Assembly: GCA_040389905.1 (NCBI GenBank)
Contig: JAZJZK010000007.1
Span: forward strand, 255,492-319,491
DNA length: 64,000 nucleotides
Direction of reading: 5' to 3'
Origin: Gemmatimonadota bacterium
GTDB taxonomy: Bacteria; Gemmatimonadota; Gemmatimonadetes; Gemmatimonadales; Gemmatimonadaceae
Each line of letters starts with the position of its first letter. Position 1 is the first letter of the stretch. Below are positions 29,287 to 39,487 of this stretch, piece after piece. The notes beneath the pieces were generated by a model. It saw only the letters and a list, made by a program, of their open reading frames with translations, ran no database searches and was not told the origin of the DNA. A program made the translations under genes and the position numbers.

Positions 29287-32200
29287 GTGCGGAAATGGGC
29301 CGTCGTGGCCGGCAGGCTGCCCATTGTCATCGCGCTGTTCGCGCTCATCTACGCGTCGGCCGTTGGCGGGCGCGCGCAGCTTCGCCTGGTGCGCTTTTCC
29401 AGTGCACCGGAGCGGGTCGGAAGCGAAGAGGCAGCGGCGCAGCGAAAACGCCTGCAGTCCCGAATGGACGATGAGCTCGCAAGCCTGCGCACTGCGGCGT
29501 TAGCGGGCCGGAGTCTCCCACCCGATTCCCGCCGAGCTGTTGCCGTGCTCGAACGGGTGCTCGACGATATCGAGCATCGCGCCGTACTCGTGCGTCGAGG
29601 AGACTCACTGGTGGCATGGGCAGGCACGCTGCACGCCGACCCGGCGACCCTCACCTCGGTCAGCGGCGTCGTCCTTTCCCCCTTTGGGCTGACGGTCTAC
29701 GTGACGGACGACAGCGCGTCGGTCCACACCGTTGCTGCCTCGCTGCTCTACGCGCTGTCCCCTGCCGACCGCCTCACACGAGGAGTGTCGCAACGGCTGG
29801 CGAGCGACGAGGTGACGGAAGGATTCGATTTCGCGCCGCCCTCTGATTCCGCGGGCCCCAACGACCTGCGCTATGTCGATCAGGGTCGAGCGCTGTTCAT
29901 TGCGCGCCCGTTGATTCCCTCCGTCGGGGAGGTGCGCCTGCGGATGCTGGAACGTTCACGGGTGCGCGTGGGCATCGCGCTCCTGGTTGCGATGTTTGCG
30001 TTCCTGATCGGCGTGGCGCGGCGCGGTGGAAGTCCGCTGGCCGTCGTCGCGGGTGCCGGCGTAATGCTCGCCTGTCTCGCGGTGATTCCGCTGAACGAGT
30101 TTTCGACGCGCTCGCGACTGTTCGACCCGTCCGTCTACTACTACGGAGGCGGACGCGCCTACTCGGCGAATGCTGCGGCGCTCGGACTCACGTCCGCCAC
30201 GATCCTGCTGCTCGTCCTCATCGGGGTTCGTCGGTCGGGCTGGAAGCTGCCGCGCTCCGCCGCGGCCGCAATCGCAGTCGTGACGGTCGCCGTCGGACCC
30301 TTTGCGGTGCGTGCGCTCTCGAGAGGCATTCGGACTCCCCTGGAAGGCGCGGGTGGGGCATTGTGGCTGGTCTGGGAGGTGCCGCTCTGTCTCGTCGCAA
30401 CGGCCCTTCTCGTCCTTGCGCATTGGGCGGGCCGCCGCGCGATCGGCGACCGGCGCGGACTCCCGATTGGAACGGGGCCGGCGATCGCGCTCGTCGCCGC
30501 CGTCATGGCTCCGCTGCTCTGGGAAGCGCCAGGGCAATGGCCGCAGTGGTACGCGTTGGCATGGCCACTCGCGATTGGAGCCGTCGTGCTCTCGCGGTCG
30601 TCGCACCGTGCGTTGCTCGCCTGCGCGTCCGTCGCCGCGCTCGGTGCCACGACCGTCGTGTGGGGCAGCGCATCGCGCGGCCGAGTGGAGCTGGCAGAGC
30701 GCGACGTTCGCGGGCTGTCGCTCCCGGACGAATACGCGAACCTCCTCGCGGACCGATTGGCCTCTCGGCTACAGGGGCGCGACCTTCCGCTGACGTCGCA
30801 GGAGTTGCTCGAGAAGTACGTCACCTCCGATCTCGCGTCCGCCGGATACCCCGTCGCGTTGTGGTCGTGGCGGGAGGGTGCTCGCGTTGCCACGTTCCGC
30901 TCCGCGCCCCTCACGATCGCGGCCGACACCGTGGAAGGCGCCGCGCTGTTGGCGAAGCAGTTCAATCGGATCGTCACCACAAGCACCCGTGCCGCAGTCT
31001 ACGGCGTCCATGTCGTCGCGGTTCCGATGCAGGGTGGGGTCTTGACCATCATGGTCGGCCCCCGAACGCGCCTCATCGGCACAGACCCATATGCGCGGTG
31101 GTACGGATTGGCGGCGTCGGAGCTCAACGAGCCGCCGTATTCGCTGCAACTCGTTAATGATCCGCTCGCACAGCGCGACGACATTCGTTGGCGCCGTGAA
31201 GACACCGAGCTGCACGGAGACTGGGCGGTGCTGGCGCCTTCGGGGCCGGCGCGCGCGCACATCTTGGTGGATCTTCGCGGACTCGACACGCTCATTCCGC
31301 GTGGTGGTTTGCTGGTCCTCGTGGATTTGCTCGCGATCTCACTCGTCTGGTTCCTCGGCGCAACGGCGGACGGCCGAGTCGGCCGATGGCTACGCATGCG
31401 CCGCCGCCAGATTCGCAGCTATCGCGCACGCGTGTCCGTCGCGCTCTTCCTGTTCTTCCTCGGCCCGGCGTCCGTGTTTGCGGTGTGGTCGTGGAAGCAG
31501 CTCTCCTACGATGCGGAGGCGTCACGACGGCGGTTGGTGACGGAAACGATGCGCGCGTTCGCCGGTGATCCGCTGGATCCCGCCGTTCTCACGAGCGAAG
31601 CCCGCCGGCTGGACACGAAGTTTCTCGTGTACCGGCGAGGTGTGCTCGCTGGTGCCAGCGACTCGTTGTTTGCTGACTTCGCGCCGATGGGGCAGCTGCT
31701 GCGCCCGGATGTCTTCGTCAAATTGAACGTCGCGGACGAGCCGAGTGCAACGAAGCCGGAAAATCTGGACGGTGCGCGGGGAATGCTGGGCTATCGCGTC
31801 TGGCCCAATACTGGACGTTCCCTGGTGCTCGCGGCGCCGGCGCGCGTCGGTGATCTGCTCCTCGACCGTCGGCGTCGCGATCTCGGTGTGCTGGTCCTCT
31901 TCGCCACCGCCGTTGGTGCCGCGGCGGCGCTCTGGCTCAGTGCCATGGCAGCCAATCAGCTCGCGCGTCCCATCAGCGCGCTGCGCGAAGCGGCGCGTGC
32001 GGTGGCACGCGGCGAGAGCAACGTGCCGCTCGACGAGAAGGCCGTGAGTGAGTTCATGCCGGTCTTCACCGCGTTCCGGGCGATGGCACGCGACCTCGGC
32101 GAGAGTCGCTCGGCCCTCGTGGAAACGCAGCGTCGCACGGACGCAGTCCTGCGGACGGTCGCGAGTGGCGTGATCGCTGTCGATGAATCGGGACGCGTTA

Positions 32201-33114
32201 TCCTGGCGAATCCGCGTGCCGAAGCGCTGCTCGGCTCCATTCCCGCAGCGGGACAGGCGGTGAATCGGCTTGCCGTGCCGGCGGTGTCGGCGCGCGTCGC
32301 CGGCTTCTTGCGCAGTTCGCAGACCGCGGACGGATTCGAGTTGGAGCGCGATGGTCGTACGCTGCGCGGCCAGCTTACGCGACTCACGCGCGGCGGCGCA
32401 GTGCTCACCTTCGATGATGTGACGGAGCTTGCGCGGGCGCAGCGTGTGTTGGCGTGGGGCGAGATGGCGCGCCAGGTGGCGCACGAGATCAAGAATCCGC
32501 TGACGCCTATTCGACTTGGTGTTCAACACCTCCTGCGCGCCCGCGGGCGGGACGACTTCGATGCGATCTTGCGGCAGAACGTCGAGCGGATTCTTACGGA
32601 GATCGACCGGCTCGATGAGATTGCGCGCGCTTTTAGCCGGTACGGTGGTGCGCCAGAACAGCGCGCGCCTGCTGAGGCGACAGATGTCGTTGCGATCGTG
32701 CAGGATGTGATTGCGCTGGAGACGCTCGGTGAAGGAAACGTACAGTGGGCGTGCGATGTCTCCGGTGATATTCCGCCTGCATTTGCCAATGGCGACGAGT
32801 TGCGCGAGGTCTTACTGAATGTCTTTGAAAACGCCCGGCATGCAGAAGCGCGAACCGTGACGGCCACGGTTTGCACGATCACCGTGCCCGACGGCTCGGC
32901 GCGCGTTCGAATCGAAGTCGTCGATGATGGGACGGGGATCGCGAGTGATGTGTTGCCGAAAATCTTCGAGCCGCACTTCTCCACGCGAACGAGTGGGAGT
33001 GGGCTCGGGCTCGCGATTACGCGACGCCTGGTCGAAAGTTGGCAGGGAGAGGTGTCGATCGAGAGTGCGGAAGGGGAGGGAAGCACGGTGCGTGTGGACC
33101 TTCGTCCGGTCTAG
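29287..33114 (+). CDS. Large multi-TM sensor histidine kinase (NtrY-like HAMP-PAS-HisKA-HATPase)
   Basis: 'WGEMARQVAHEIKNPLTPI', N-box, 'DDGTGI', 'FEPHFST..SGSGLGL'; start uncertain. Confidence 0.92.
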   Translation: MRKWAVVAGRLPIVIALFALIYASAVGGRAQLRLVRFSSAPERVGSEEAAAQRKRLQSRMDDELASLRTAALAGRSLPPDSRRAVAVLERVLDDIEHRAVLVRRGDSLVAWAGTLHADPATLTSVSGVVLSPFGLTVYVTDDSASVHTVAASLLYALSPADRLTRGVSQRLASDEVTEGFDFAPPSDSAGPNDLRYVDQGRALFIARPLIPSVGEVRLRMLERSRVRVGIALLVAMFAFLIGVARRGGSPLAVVAGAGVMLACLAVIPLNEFSTRSRLFDPSVYYYGGGRAYSANAAALGLTSATILLLVLIGVRRSGWKLPRSAAAAIAVVTVAVGPFAVRALSRGIRTPLEGAGGALWLVWEVPLCLVATALLVLAHWAGRRAIGDRRGLPIGTGPAIALVAAVMAPLLWEAPGQWPQWYALAWPLAIGAVVLSRSSHRALLACASVAALGATTVVWGSASRGRVELAERDVRGLSLPDEYANLLADRLASRLQGRDLPLTSQELLEKYVTSDLASAGYPVALWSWREGARVATFRSAPLTIAADTVEGAALLAKQFNRIVTTSTRAAVYGVHVVAVPMQGGVLTIMVGPRTRLIGTDPYARWYGLAASELNEPPYSLQLVNDPLAQRDDIRWRREDTELHGDWAVLAPSGPARAHILVDLRGLDTLIPRGGLLVLVDLLAISLVWFLGATADGRVGRWLRMRRRQIRSYRARVSVALFLFFLGPASVFAVWSWKQLSYDAEASRRRLVTETMRAFAGDPLDPAVLTSEARRLDTKFLVYRRGVLAGASDSLFADFAPMGQLLRPDVFVKLNVADEPSATKPENLDGARGMLGYRVWPNTGRSLVLAAPARVGDLLLDRRRRDLGVLVLFATAVGAAAALWLSAMAANQLARPISALREAARAVARGESNVPLDEKAVSEFMPVFTAFRAMARDLGESRSALVETQRRTDAVLRTVASGVIAVDESGRVILANPRAEALLGSIPAAGQAVNRLAVPAVSARVAGFLRSSQTADGFELERDGRTLRGQLTRLTRGGAVLTFDDVTELARAQRVLAWGEMARQVAHEIKNPLTPIRLGVQHLLRARGRDDFDAILRQNVERILTEIDRLDEIARAFSRYGGAPEQRAPAEATDVVAIVQDVIALETLGEGNVQWACDVSGDIPPAFANGDELREVLLNVFENARHAEARTVTATVCTITVPDGSARVRIEVVDDGTGIASDVLPKIFEPHFSTRTSGSGLGLAITRRLVESWQGEVSIESAEGEGSTVRVDLRPV

Positions 33115-33201
33115 CCTCACTGGATGTCATCCCGAGCGAAGTCGACCTGCGTGACAACGATTTCGAACGCGATCTGGATGCGATGCAGGAACTCGTGCGC
33201 G

Positions 33202-33450
33202 TCAGCGGCCAGCTTGTCCAAGGAAGTAGGCTCCGGCGACCATGAGGAAGACGAAGAACGCCCACGCCGCCCTGTGCACCGTCGCGCGCGCGGCCTCCGT
33301 GTAACCCACCGGAGAGACCTTTGTGAGCTTGGCGTGAAGCTCTCTGCGCTCGTCGATCAGCGCATCGATGTATTCGCGGACGTACTCGTTCTCGTGCTTC
33401 GCCGCGTGCGCGATCAGCCTGCGCGGAGACATGCGTCGGGTGGCAGTCAT
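33202..33450 (-). CDS. Small hypothetical protein (coiled segment plus C-terminal TM)
   Basis: Helical region then 'WAFFVFLMVAGAYFLG'; ATG overlaps an upstream stop. Confidence 0.45.
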   Translation of the reverse strand: MTATRRMSPRRLIAHAAKHENEYVREYIDALIDERRELHAKLTKVSPVGYTEAARATVHRAAWAFFVFLMVAGAYFLGQAGR

Positions 33451-33913
33451 TGGCCGAGAAAGAACGGTTCGGGGTTGTTCAAGTCACGTACGTGCGCGTC
33501 GATTTCAGGCTGCGGGATATCGCGAATGAGCAATGCGCGTCCGTCGATTCGACGGATCTTCGGATTGTCGCTTCCTGCGATGCTTTCACCAGCAGCACCC
33601 GAAACAATCGTCCGGTGGGGTTGAGCTGGAACCAAAAGATGATCGCAAGCGCGGTCGCGATAACATTCGCCATGATGTACAGCCGGCTTCGGATGTAACG
33701 CGCCGTCCGCGTGACCGAGTGGCTCTCCGCCCACGCGAGCTGCTTCCGCAGCTCGCGGATCTCCGCCTCGTACAGCAGGACCTCGTCGAAGGTGTCGTCG
33801 CGCGCATCGCGCCTCGCTGTGCAGGCGAGAACGTACTGGTCGGCGCCCGACGCAGTGATCCGCCATGTTTCCTCGGGCGGCGCTCGATGGCCGTGGAGTG
33901 GCGCGCTTGTCAT
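33447..33913 (-). other. Hypothetical ORF, possibly frameshifted
   Basis: Frame 33479-33913 has a coiled segment plus TM; a second frame ends at 33447, coupled to the next ORF. Confidence 0.3.
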
Positions 33914-34036
33914 GGCTCGGCCAATTCTACGCTACCGTATCAAGATCGAGGCAAGTCCCGCCACTCAGGTGAGCGCGCGCATGCGCGCCCTTCACTTCGA
34001 ACGAAGGACGCTTCTGCAAAGTGGCGGCAAGGGGAC

Positions 34037-34063
34037 TGAAACCCTGGCAGTCCGTCTCTCGTA
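34037..34063 (+). promoter_or_regulatory. ECF-sigma-like promoter TGAAAC-N17-CGTA
   Basis: TGAAACCCTGGCAGTCCGTCTCTCGTA, 48 nt upstream of ATG 34112. Confidence 0.7.
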
Positions 34064-34111
34064 TGGGAAACCAATACGTTATGCAATTTCCCCTGCGTAC
34101 CGAGATTCACC

Positions 34112-34852
34112 ATGACTCAACGTCTTACCCTCGCTGCGTCGAGCGGGCTGCCCTTGCTATCGCTCGCCTTCCACGTGGCGATGGGAGTGATTGCACTCGT
34201 GACCGGCTATGTCGCCATCGCCACGCGTAAGGGCAGCCCATGGCATCGCCGCGCGGGTCTCGTCTTCGTGTGTACCATGATCGCGACCGGCCTCACGGCC
34301 GGAGCAATCTCGATCTATGAAGGAAAGCCCTTTGGCGGCGGATTCCTGACGGCGTATCTCGTCTTTACGGCGTACACCGCACTGCGGCCGCTGCCCGCAT
34401 TCGGACGCGCGATCGAGATCGTGCTCCTTGTCCTCGTATCCATCGCGACGTACGGCATGTTCCGAAACGGCATGACCGCGCTCGGAAATCCGAACGGCAC
34501 ACTCGATGGTGTTCCGGCAGGAATGCTCTTCTTCCTCGGCAGCGTGTTTCTTCTCGCCGCAATCGGCGACGTCCGCGTGCTGCGCGCGGGCGGCATCCAG
34601 GGATCGAAGCGAATTGCGCGCCATTTCTGGCGCGTGTGCTTCGGGCTGTTCATCGCGTCGGGCTCATTCGTCGCGCAACTGGTGAAGATGCCGTTCATGC
34701 CGGCGCAGCTTCGCAGCGTTCCGGTCATTGTATTGCTTGGCGGTGCGCCGCTGGTGGTGCTGCTCTACTGGATGTGGCGCATCCGCCTCAGGCATAACCT
34801 GCGTGGACTGATGACGAAGCCGATCGAGGCTCCGTTCGTGCCGATCGCATGA
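34112..34852 (+). CDS. DUF2306-like polytopic membrane protein
   Basis: 'FHVAMG.IAL.TG...KGS.WHRRAG..FV..M', 'RIARHFWRVC'. Confidence 0.75.
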   Translation: MTQRLTLAASSGLPLLSLAFHVAMGVIALVTGYVAIATRKGSPWHRRAGLVFVCTMIATGLTAGAISIYEGKPFGGGFLTAYLVFTAYTALRPLPAFGRAIEIVLLVLVSIATYGMFRNGMTALGNPNGTLDGVPAGMLFFLGSVFLLAAIGDVRVLRAGGIQGSKRIARHFWRVCFGLFIASGSFVAQLVKMPFMPAQLRSVPVIVLLGGAPLVVLLYWMWRIRLRHNLRGLMTKPIEAPFVPIA

Positions 34853-34923
34853 CAACACCCGCGGTGTAGTGGAGCGTCACCCAATTGCGGAGTGCAGAAA
34901 CACGTGTCGCGACAACTGTCCAC

Positions 34924-35505
34924 TCAACGGCGCACCCGATAGCGCACGTGAAGCACCCGGTTGCCCTGGATCACCACGTCAGGATCGTCCAGCAAATGCT
35001 GCGCGTCGACCGACCCGAAGTAGCGCTTGCCGGACCCGAACACCACGGGTACGACATCCATGCGCACCTCGTCGACCAGCCCCTCGGCAAGCACCTGGCC
35101 ACCGACGTCGCCAGCGGCGACCTCGACCACGCGATCGCCCGCGAGCTCCTGCGCCTTGAGCACGGCCGCCGTTACACCCTCGACGAAGTGGAACGGCGCC
35201 TCGGGATGCCAGCCCTCGGGCCTGCCCCGGTGGGTCACGACGACGACGTGGTCGATCCCGCCCGGGGGCTTCCCGTCCCAGCCGTCCGTCATGTCGAAGA
35301 CGTGGCGGCCGACGATGGTCGCCCCGATCTGGTTCCAGTACGGCCGAGTGTAGTCGTACGACGCCTGCGACACCTTTAGCACGCCGCTCTCGTCCAACGG
35401 GACGTCACCGCTGAGCAACCAGTCGAACAGCGGTCCGGGCTGGTCGCTCTCGTCCGCGATGAAACCGTCGACGGACACCGAGGCGTACATGACAACCTTT
35501 CCCAC
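34924..35505 (-). CDS. Dihydrofolate reductase/RibD C-terminal family protein
   Basis: 'SVSVDGFIA', 'GRHVF', 'GLVDE...VVPVVFGSGKRYF'; RBS GGAGGAG before GTG. Confidence 0.9.
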   Translation of the reverse strand: MGKVVMYASVSVDGFIADESDQPGPLFDWLLSGDVPLDESGVLKVSQASYDYTRPYWNQIGATIVGRHVFDMTDGWDGKPPGGIDHVVVVTHRGRPEGWHPEAPFHFVEGVTAAVLKAQELAGDRVVEVAAGDVGGQVLAEGLVDEVRMDVVPVVFGSGKRYFGSVDAQHLLDDPDVVIQGNRVLHVRYRVRR

Positions 35506-35571
35506 GGGGCACTCCTCCACTTTGGGTTGCCCCCAACGTAGCCTCTCGCGAGCACGCAGTCTTGTAAGAAA

Positions 35572-36411
35572 TCAATCGGCCGGCAGCGGCCAGCCGTCCA
35601 TCACGTGGCCGGGATGTTCGCGCAGGAATCGCTGCCGGACTTCGATGTATCGTGTCGGCGTGAGCCCGGTGAAGTCCCGGAACTCGTGACCGAAATGGGC
35701 CTGGTCGAAGTAGCCTGCGCTACCAGCGAGGCCAGCCCAGTCGATCGGTTCGGCGGGGTCGATCGAGAACACGGTGGCGGCGAAGCGCCAGGTGCGCGCC
35801 AGTCGCTTCGGCGTTACGCCGATGAGTGCCTTGAAGCGCTGTGCCAGGTGCGTGTTGCTCACACCGGCTGCCTCCGTGAGGTCGCGGATGGCCACCGACC
35901 CGCTGGTCGCAGCGATGATGCTGCTCGTGTGGCGGACCAGCCCCAGGCCGGCTGTCTCACTCAGTCGTCGCCGTAGCTCCTCCTCGAGAAGCGTCAGCAT
36001 CTCGTGAGGTCCGTTCGCCGTGGCCATCCGGTCTCGCAGCTCCGCAATTGCAGACCGGCCCCACACCTGCTCGACCGTCACCGGCCGGTCACACAGCTCG
36101 GCCGCAGGCATCGGCAGAAAGGGCGCCAGCCCCCACGGCTTGAAGTGCACGCCGACGGACCGGGTCCAGAGTGGGTAGCCGAAGTCGAACGCTCGAGTGG
36201 GCATGGTGATCACGCAGCCGTCGGTGTACTCGGCGGTCTCGAGGTCGGCGCCGCCGCGGATGCGGAACGGCGCGCCGAGGTTGACGATGAGCAGCGCCGC
36301 CGGCATCGGCGGCAGCGTCAGGCGGGCGTACGGCGGCGCGCCTTCCAGGTAATAGAGGTCGTCGATAAGCCCGTTCAGCGGCGCTCGCGGGACTCTGGAC
36401 ACGTACTCCAT
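35572..36411 (-). CDS. AraC-family regulator (DUF6597-type N-terminus)
   Basis: 'GVHFKPWG', 'HLAQRF...IGVTPK', 'GYFDQAHFGHEFRDFTGLTP'. Confidence 0.9.
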   Translation of the reverse strand: MEYVSRVPRAPLNGLIDDLYYLEGAPPYARLTLPPMPAALLIVNLGAPFRIRGGADLETAEYTDGCVITMPTRAFDFGYPLWTRSVGVHFKPWGLAPFLPMPAAELCDRPVTVEQVWGRSAIAELRDRMATANGPHEMLTLLEEELRRRLSETAGLGLVRHTSSIIAATSGSVAIRDLTEAAGVSNTHLAQRFKALIGVTPKRLARTWRFAATVFSIDPAEPIDWAGLAGSAGYFDQAHFGHEFRDFTGLTPTRYIEVRQRFLREHPGHVMDGWPLPAD

Positions 36412-36628
36412 GCGCCCAGTATAGCAGGCGTCCCGCCGCGCCATCCGTGCTCGTGATCACGTCTCATCGGTACGTGCACAGGAGCTGGCTCACGTTCATC
36501 GTCACAAGACGACCCTGTCCTGCGCTCGCCGGGGTCATCATGGGGCGAGTGGCTCACGCACGATCACTCGCCCAATCCGGTCTTCCGTGCCCCCTGGGAG
36601 GAGGGCTGGTCCTTCCTGCCTGTACCGC

Positions 36629-36800
36629 TCAGAGCTTGCCCTTCTCTATGAGCCGGTCGTACTCGGGGTGGGTCACCACGTGGCGGACGTAGATCGGGCC
36701 GAGGTCGTAGCGCATTGCGACCACGAGCCGGTACTTGTTGCCGCCAACGTTGAAAGCCGCCTTTCGCGGCCGATGAAATCGACCATCGGGAAGTCCTTCT
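36629..36800 (-). pseudogene. higB: HigB-family (RelE-like) toxin remnant
   Basis: Minus strand reads 'KDFPMVDFIGRER' then, after a frameshift, 'AFNVGGNKYRLVVAMRYDLGPIYVRHVVTHPEYDRLIEKGKL*'; no intact start and no antitoxin seen. Confidence 0.75.
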
Positions 36801-36939
36801 ACGTGTCGAACAGCGCCGCCTGCCTTTCGCGTGAGGACTACCCGTAGGGCTAGTCATCGCCATAGGCTGGTATCTGAGGCGGCCGCCTCCGATGTTAGAG
36901 TGCGGCCACCTCTGGCAGTATCCTCCCTGGGAGAATGCT

Positions 36940-38595
36940 ATGGTCACGACTCGAGGATTGGTTGGTGCCACTGTGGCGCTCATCGCCATCGCGGTGAGTC
37001 CCCTCATGTTGTCGGCGCAGCGAATCCAGGGGACCATTCGAGACAGTGCGAGCGTGCGCCCCATATCCGGTGCGGTGGTCGCCCTCCTCGATTCACTCGG
37101 CAATACCCTCGCGAGAGGAACGACGGACGACCGAGGGCAGTACACGCTCGTCGCAACGCCAGAGGCGCGTCAGCTTCGCGTGGTACGCATCGGCTTTCGT
37201 CCGCAGCTGACGACGATCCCTCGCGGTCTGCGGGCGGACGTCTCGCTCGTACCGATCCCCTTTCTCCTGGCGGAGCAGCGCGTTATCGCCGCCTCGAACT
37301 GTCCCTCGCGGGGCGATCGCGCGGCCGCACTCTCACTCCTTGAGCATGTTCGCGCCGGCCTGCTCGCGACGGTGGTCGCGAGGTCTCAGAACACTGCGAA
37401 CATGACTCGGCTGCTGTTCGAACGCCGGATGGAGGGTAGCGGCGATCGTGTGGTGAGTCAGGCCGTCCGCCGAAGGAGCGGCACGGCAAACGCCACACCA
37501 TTTGGCGCCGCCCGCAATGCTGCATCGTTTGTCCGCGAAGGATTCAGGGAAGACAGCGTCGGCGCACAGACGTTCTACGGGCCCGACGCCGAAACCCTTA
37601 TCGATGAAGACTTCGCGCGCGGTTACTGTTTTCACGTGAAGGACGCTGATGGGGCGCGTCCGCATCAGGTGGGACTCGGATTCGCAGCCACTGAACATCG
37701 TAATGGAAGGATCGACATAGCCGGCGCGCTCTGGGTGGATACGCTTGCGCGGGCGCTGCGCGAGCTCGACTTCTCCTATGTCGGACTTGATTCACGAACG
37801 AGCGCGCTGAGACCTGGCGGAGAGGTCGTTTTCGGGGAACTCCCAAATGGAATGGCGCTCGCGGTGCGCTGGTCCCTTCGCCTCGTGAGCGGACGGCAAG
37901 AGGCGGGAGGCATGATGCTCACCAACTCGGGCGCGGTCTCCGGCGGAAGGACATCGCGCCTTTACGTTAACGAGATCGGCGGCGAATTGGCACGCGTGGC
38001 GTGGCTCGACGGCCGAACATGGACGGCGCCACTCGGAACGTTCCGGCTACGCGCGCGCACGAAGCGAGGCAAGCCTGCTGCCGGCGCGCTGGTGCAGCTC
38101 GAGGGCACCGACTCGCAAGGCGTCGCCGATTCCACGGGACTCGTGACGATCGGTGAATTGCTCCCTGGACCCTACGCGATCTTCATTGTCGATCCGCGGT
38201 TGTCGGCGCTGGATCTGCTTCTCTCAAGCTCATCGAAAGCGACGGCGACCCGGGATTCGGTGACCGATGCGACTCTGGACGTCGAGTCGGCCGAGGACTT
38301 CGTGGCCGATCGGTGCGAACGTGATCAGCGCATTACCGGCGGCGCGTGGATCCTCGGGCGCGTCGTCGCACGGGACGGAAAGCCAGTTGGTGAAGCGCGC
38401 TGGGTCATCAACGATGAATTCGGGTCGCGACTCGTCGAGGGAGGCCGAGTCGGCGGGGATGGCCTGTTTCACTGGTGCCAGCTCCCGCTCGACAAGCGGG
38501 TCGAGATCGAGGCGTGGCTGGGCGACAGACGCGTCAAGGCAAATCGTGTGCTGGCGGAAAACCTTACCATCATCCGCCTCGAGTTGCCCATGTAG
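36940..38595 (+). CDS. Secreted protein with carboxypeptidase-regulatory-like domains
   Basis: Signal peptide; 'IQGTIRDS...PISGAVV...TTDDRGQY...RIGFRP'; two further similar modules. Confidence 0.8.
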   Translation: MVTTRGLVGATVALIAIAVSPLMLSAQRIQGTIRDSASVRPISGAVVALLDSLGNTLARGTTDDRGQYTLVATPEARQLRVVRIGFRPQLTTIPRGLRADVSLVPIPFLLAEQRVIAASNCPSRGDRAAALSLLEHVRAGLLATVVARSQNTANMTRLLFERRMEGSGDRVVSQAVRRRSGTANATPFGAARNAASFVREGFREDSVGAQTFYGPDAETLIDEDFARGYCFHVKDADGARPHQVGLGFAATEHRNGRIDIAGALWVDTLARALRELDFSYVGLDSRTSALRPGGEVVFGELPNGMALAVRWSLRLVSGRQEAGGMMLTNSGAVSGGRTSRLYVNEIGGELARVAWLDGRTWTAPLGTFRLRARTKRGKPAAGALVQLEGTDSQGVADSTGLVTIGELLPGPYAIFIVDPRLSALDLLLSSSSKATATRDSVTDATLDVESAEDFVADRCERDQRITGGAWILGRVVARDGKPVGEARWVINDEFGSRLVEGGRVGGDGLFHWCQLPLDKRVEIEAWLGDRRVKANRVLAENLTIIRLELPM

Positions 38596-38848
38596 GCAGG
38601 CGGGCACGGTCGCCGGTGGGTTCGACGCCAAACGCGTGGTGGCGTCGAATGGGCAAGGACGCCTGTGTACAAGGTGCAGACTCTATCCGATGCTCGTCCG
38701 TGCAAAGGGTAACGGTGTCACCGACGCCACGGCGTACGCAGGGGCGCTTTAGGCAGCATGGCGTACGTCTCGGCAAACGACTTTTCCACGGTGTTGCATG
38801 TCTTTCAGCTCAGCGCAGTGGAGCTGAAGGCACTCTTCCCGTTGCGTC

Positions 38849-39487
38849 ATGCACGCGGACGCATGGCACCGTGAACGTGCAATATTCCGGCGCGCATGTA
38901 GATCGCCGATACTGTCGGCTGGTCTCGCGGTCGATCAAGCGGGCTTTGAGTTTTTCTCATCCTCCTTTTCTGGTTACTTCGGCATCAGCCGCTACTCGGG
39001 CTCCAATACCACGCCCGATTTCACCTTCGGAGGCGGGTTCATCACCACGCCGGGCGCGTTGGCCTTCGGCCCCGATGGATTCCTGTACATGATCGACTCC
39101 GGCCTCGGCAAGGTCCTCGGCTTCAACACGAACGACGGAAGCCTGCAGAACTCGTTCTCCCTCGCTGACGCGGCGAATGAAGCGACGCTGGTCATTGGTC
39201 CTGATGGCCGAGTGTACACCGCAAACGGAAACGGCGGGGGCTACGTGTACGACTCGGGCACCGGCGCCACCCTTGGCGCTTACGGCGCGGACAATCCGCA
39301 ATACGATTCACCCGCGCGCGCGGCCATGATGATGGACTCGAATGGCTATCTCTACGTGACCGATCAAACGGGCGTCTACGTGTTCAATACGGACGGGCCA
39401 ACGAGCACTCCAGAACCGTCGTCACTCCTGCTGATAGGCACAGCGTTGGCGGCGGGCGTCACTTGGAGACGGCGCCACCGCCACTAA
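38849..39487 (+). pseudogene. PEP-CTERM surface protein with NHL/propeller repeats, 5' part apparently decayed
   Basis: 'LAFGPDGFLY', 'IGPDGRVY', 'DSNGYLYVTD', C-terminal 'TPEPSSLLLIGTALAAGVTWRRR'; no signal peptide in frame. Confidence 0.7.
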
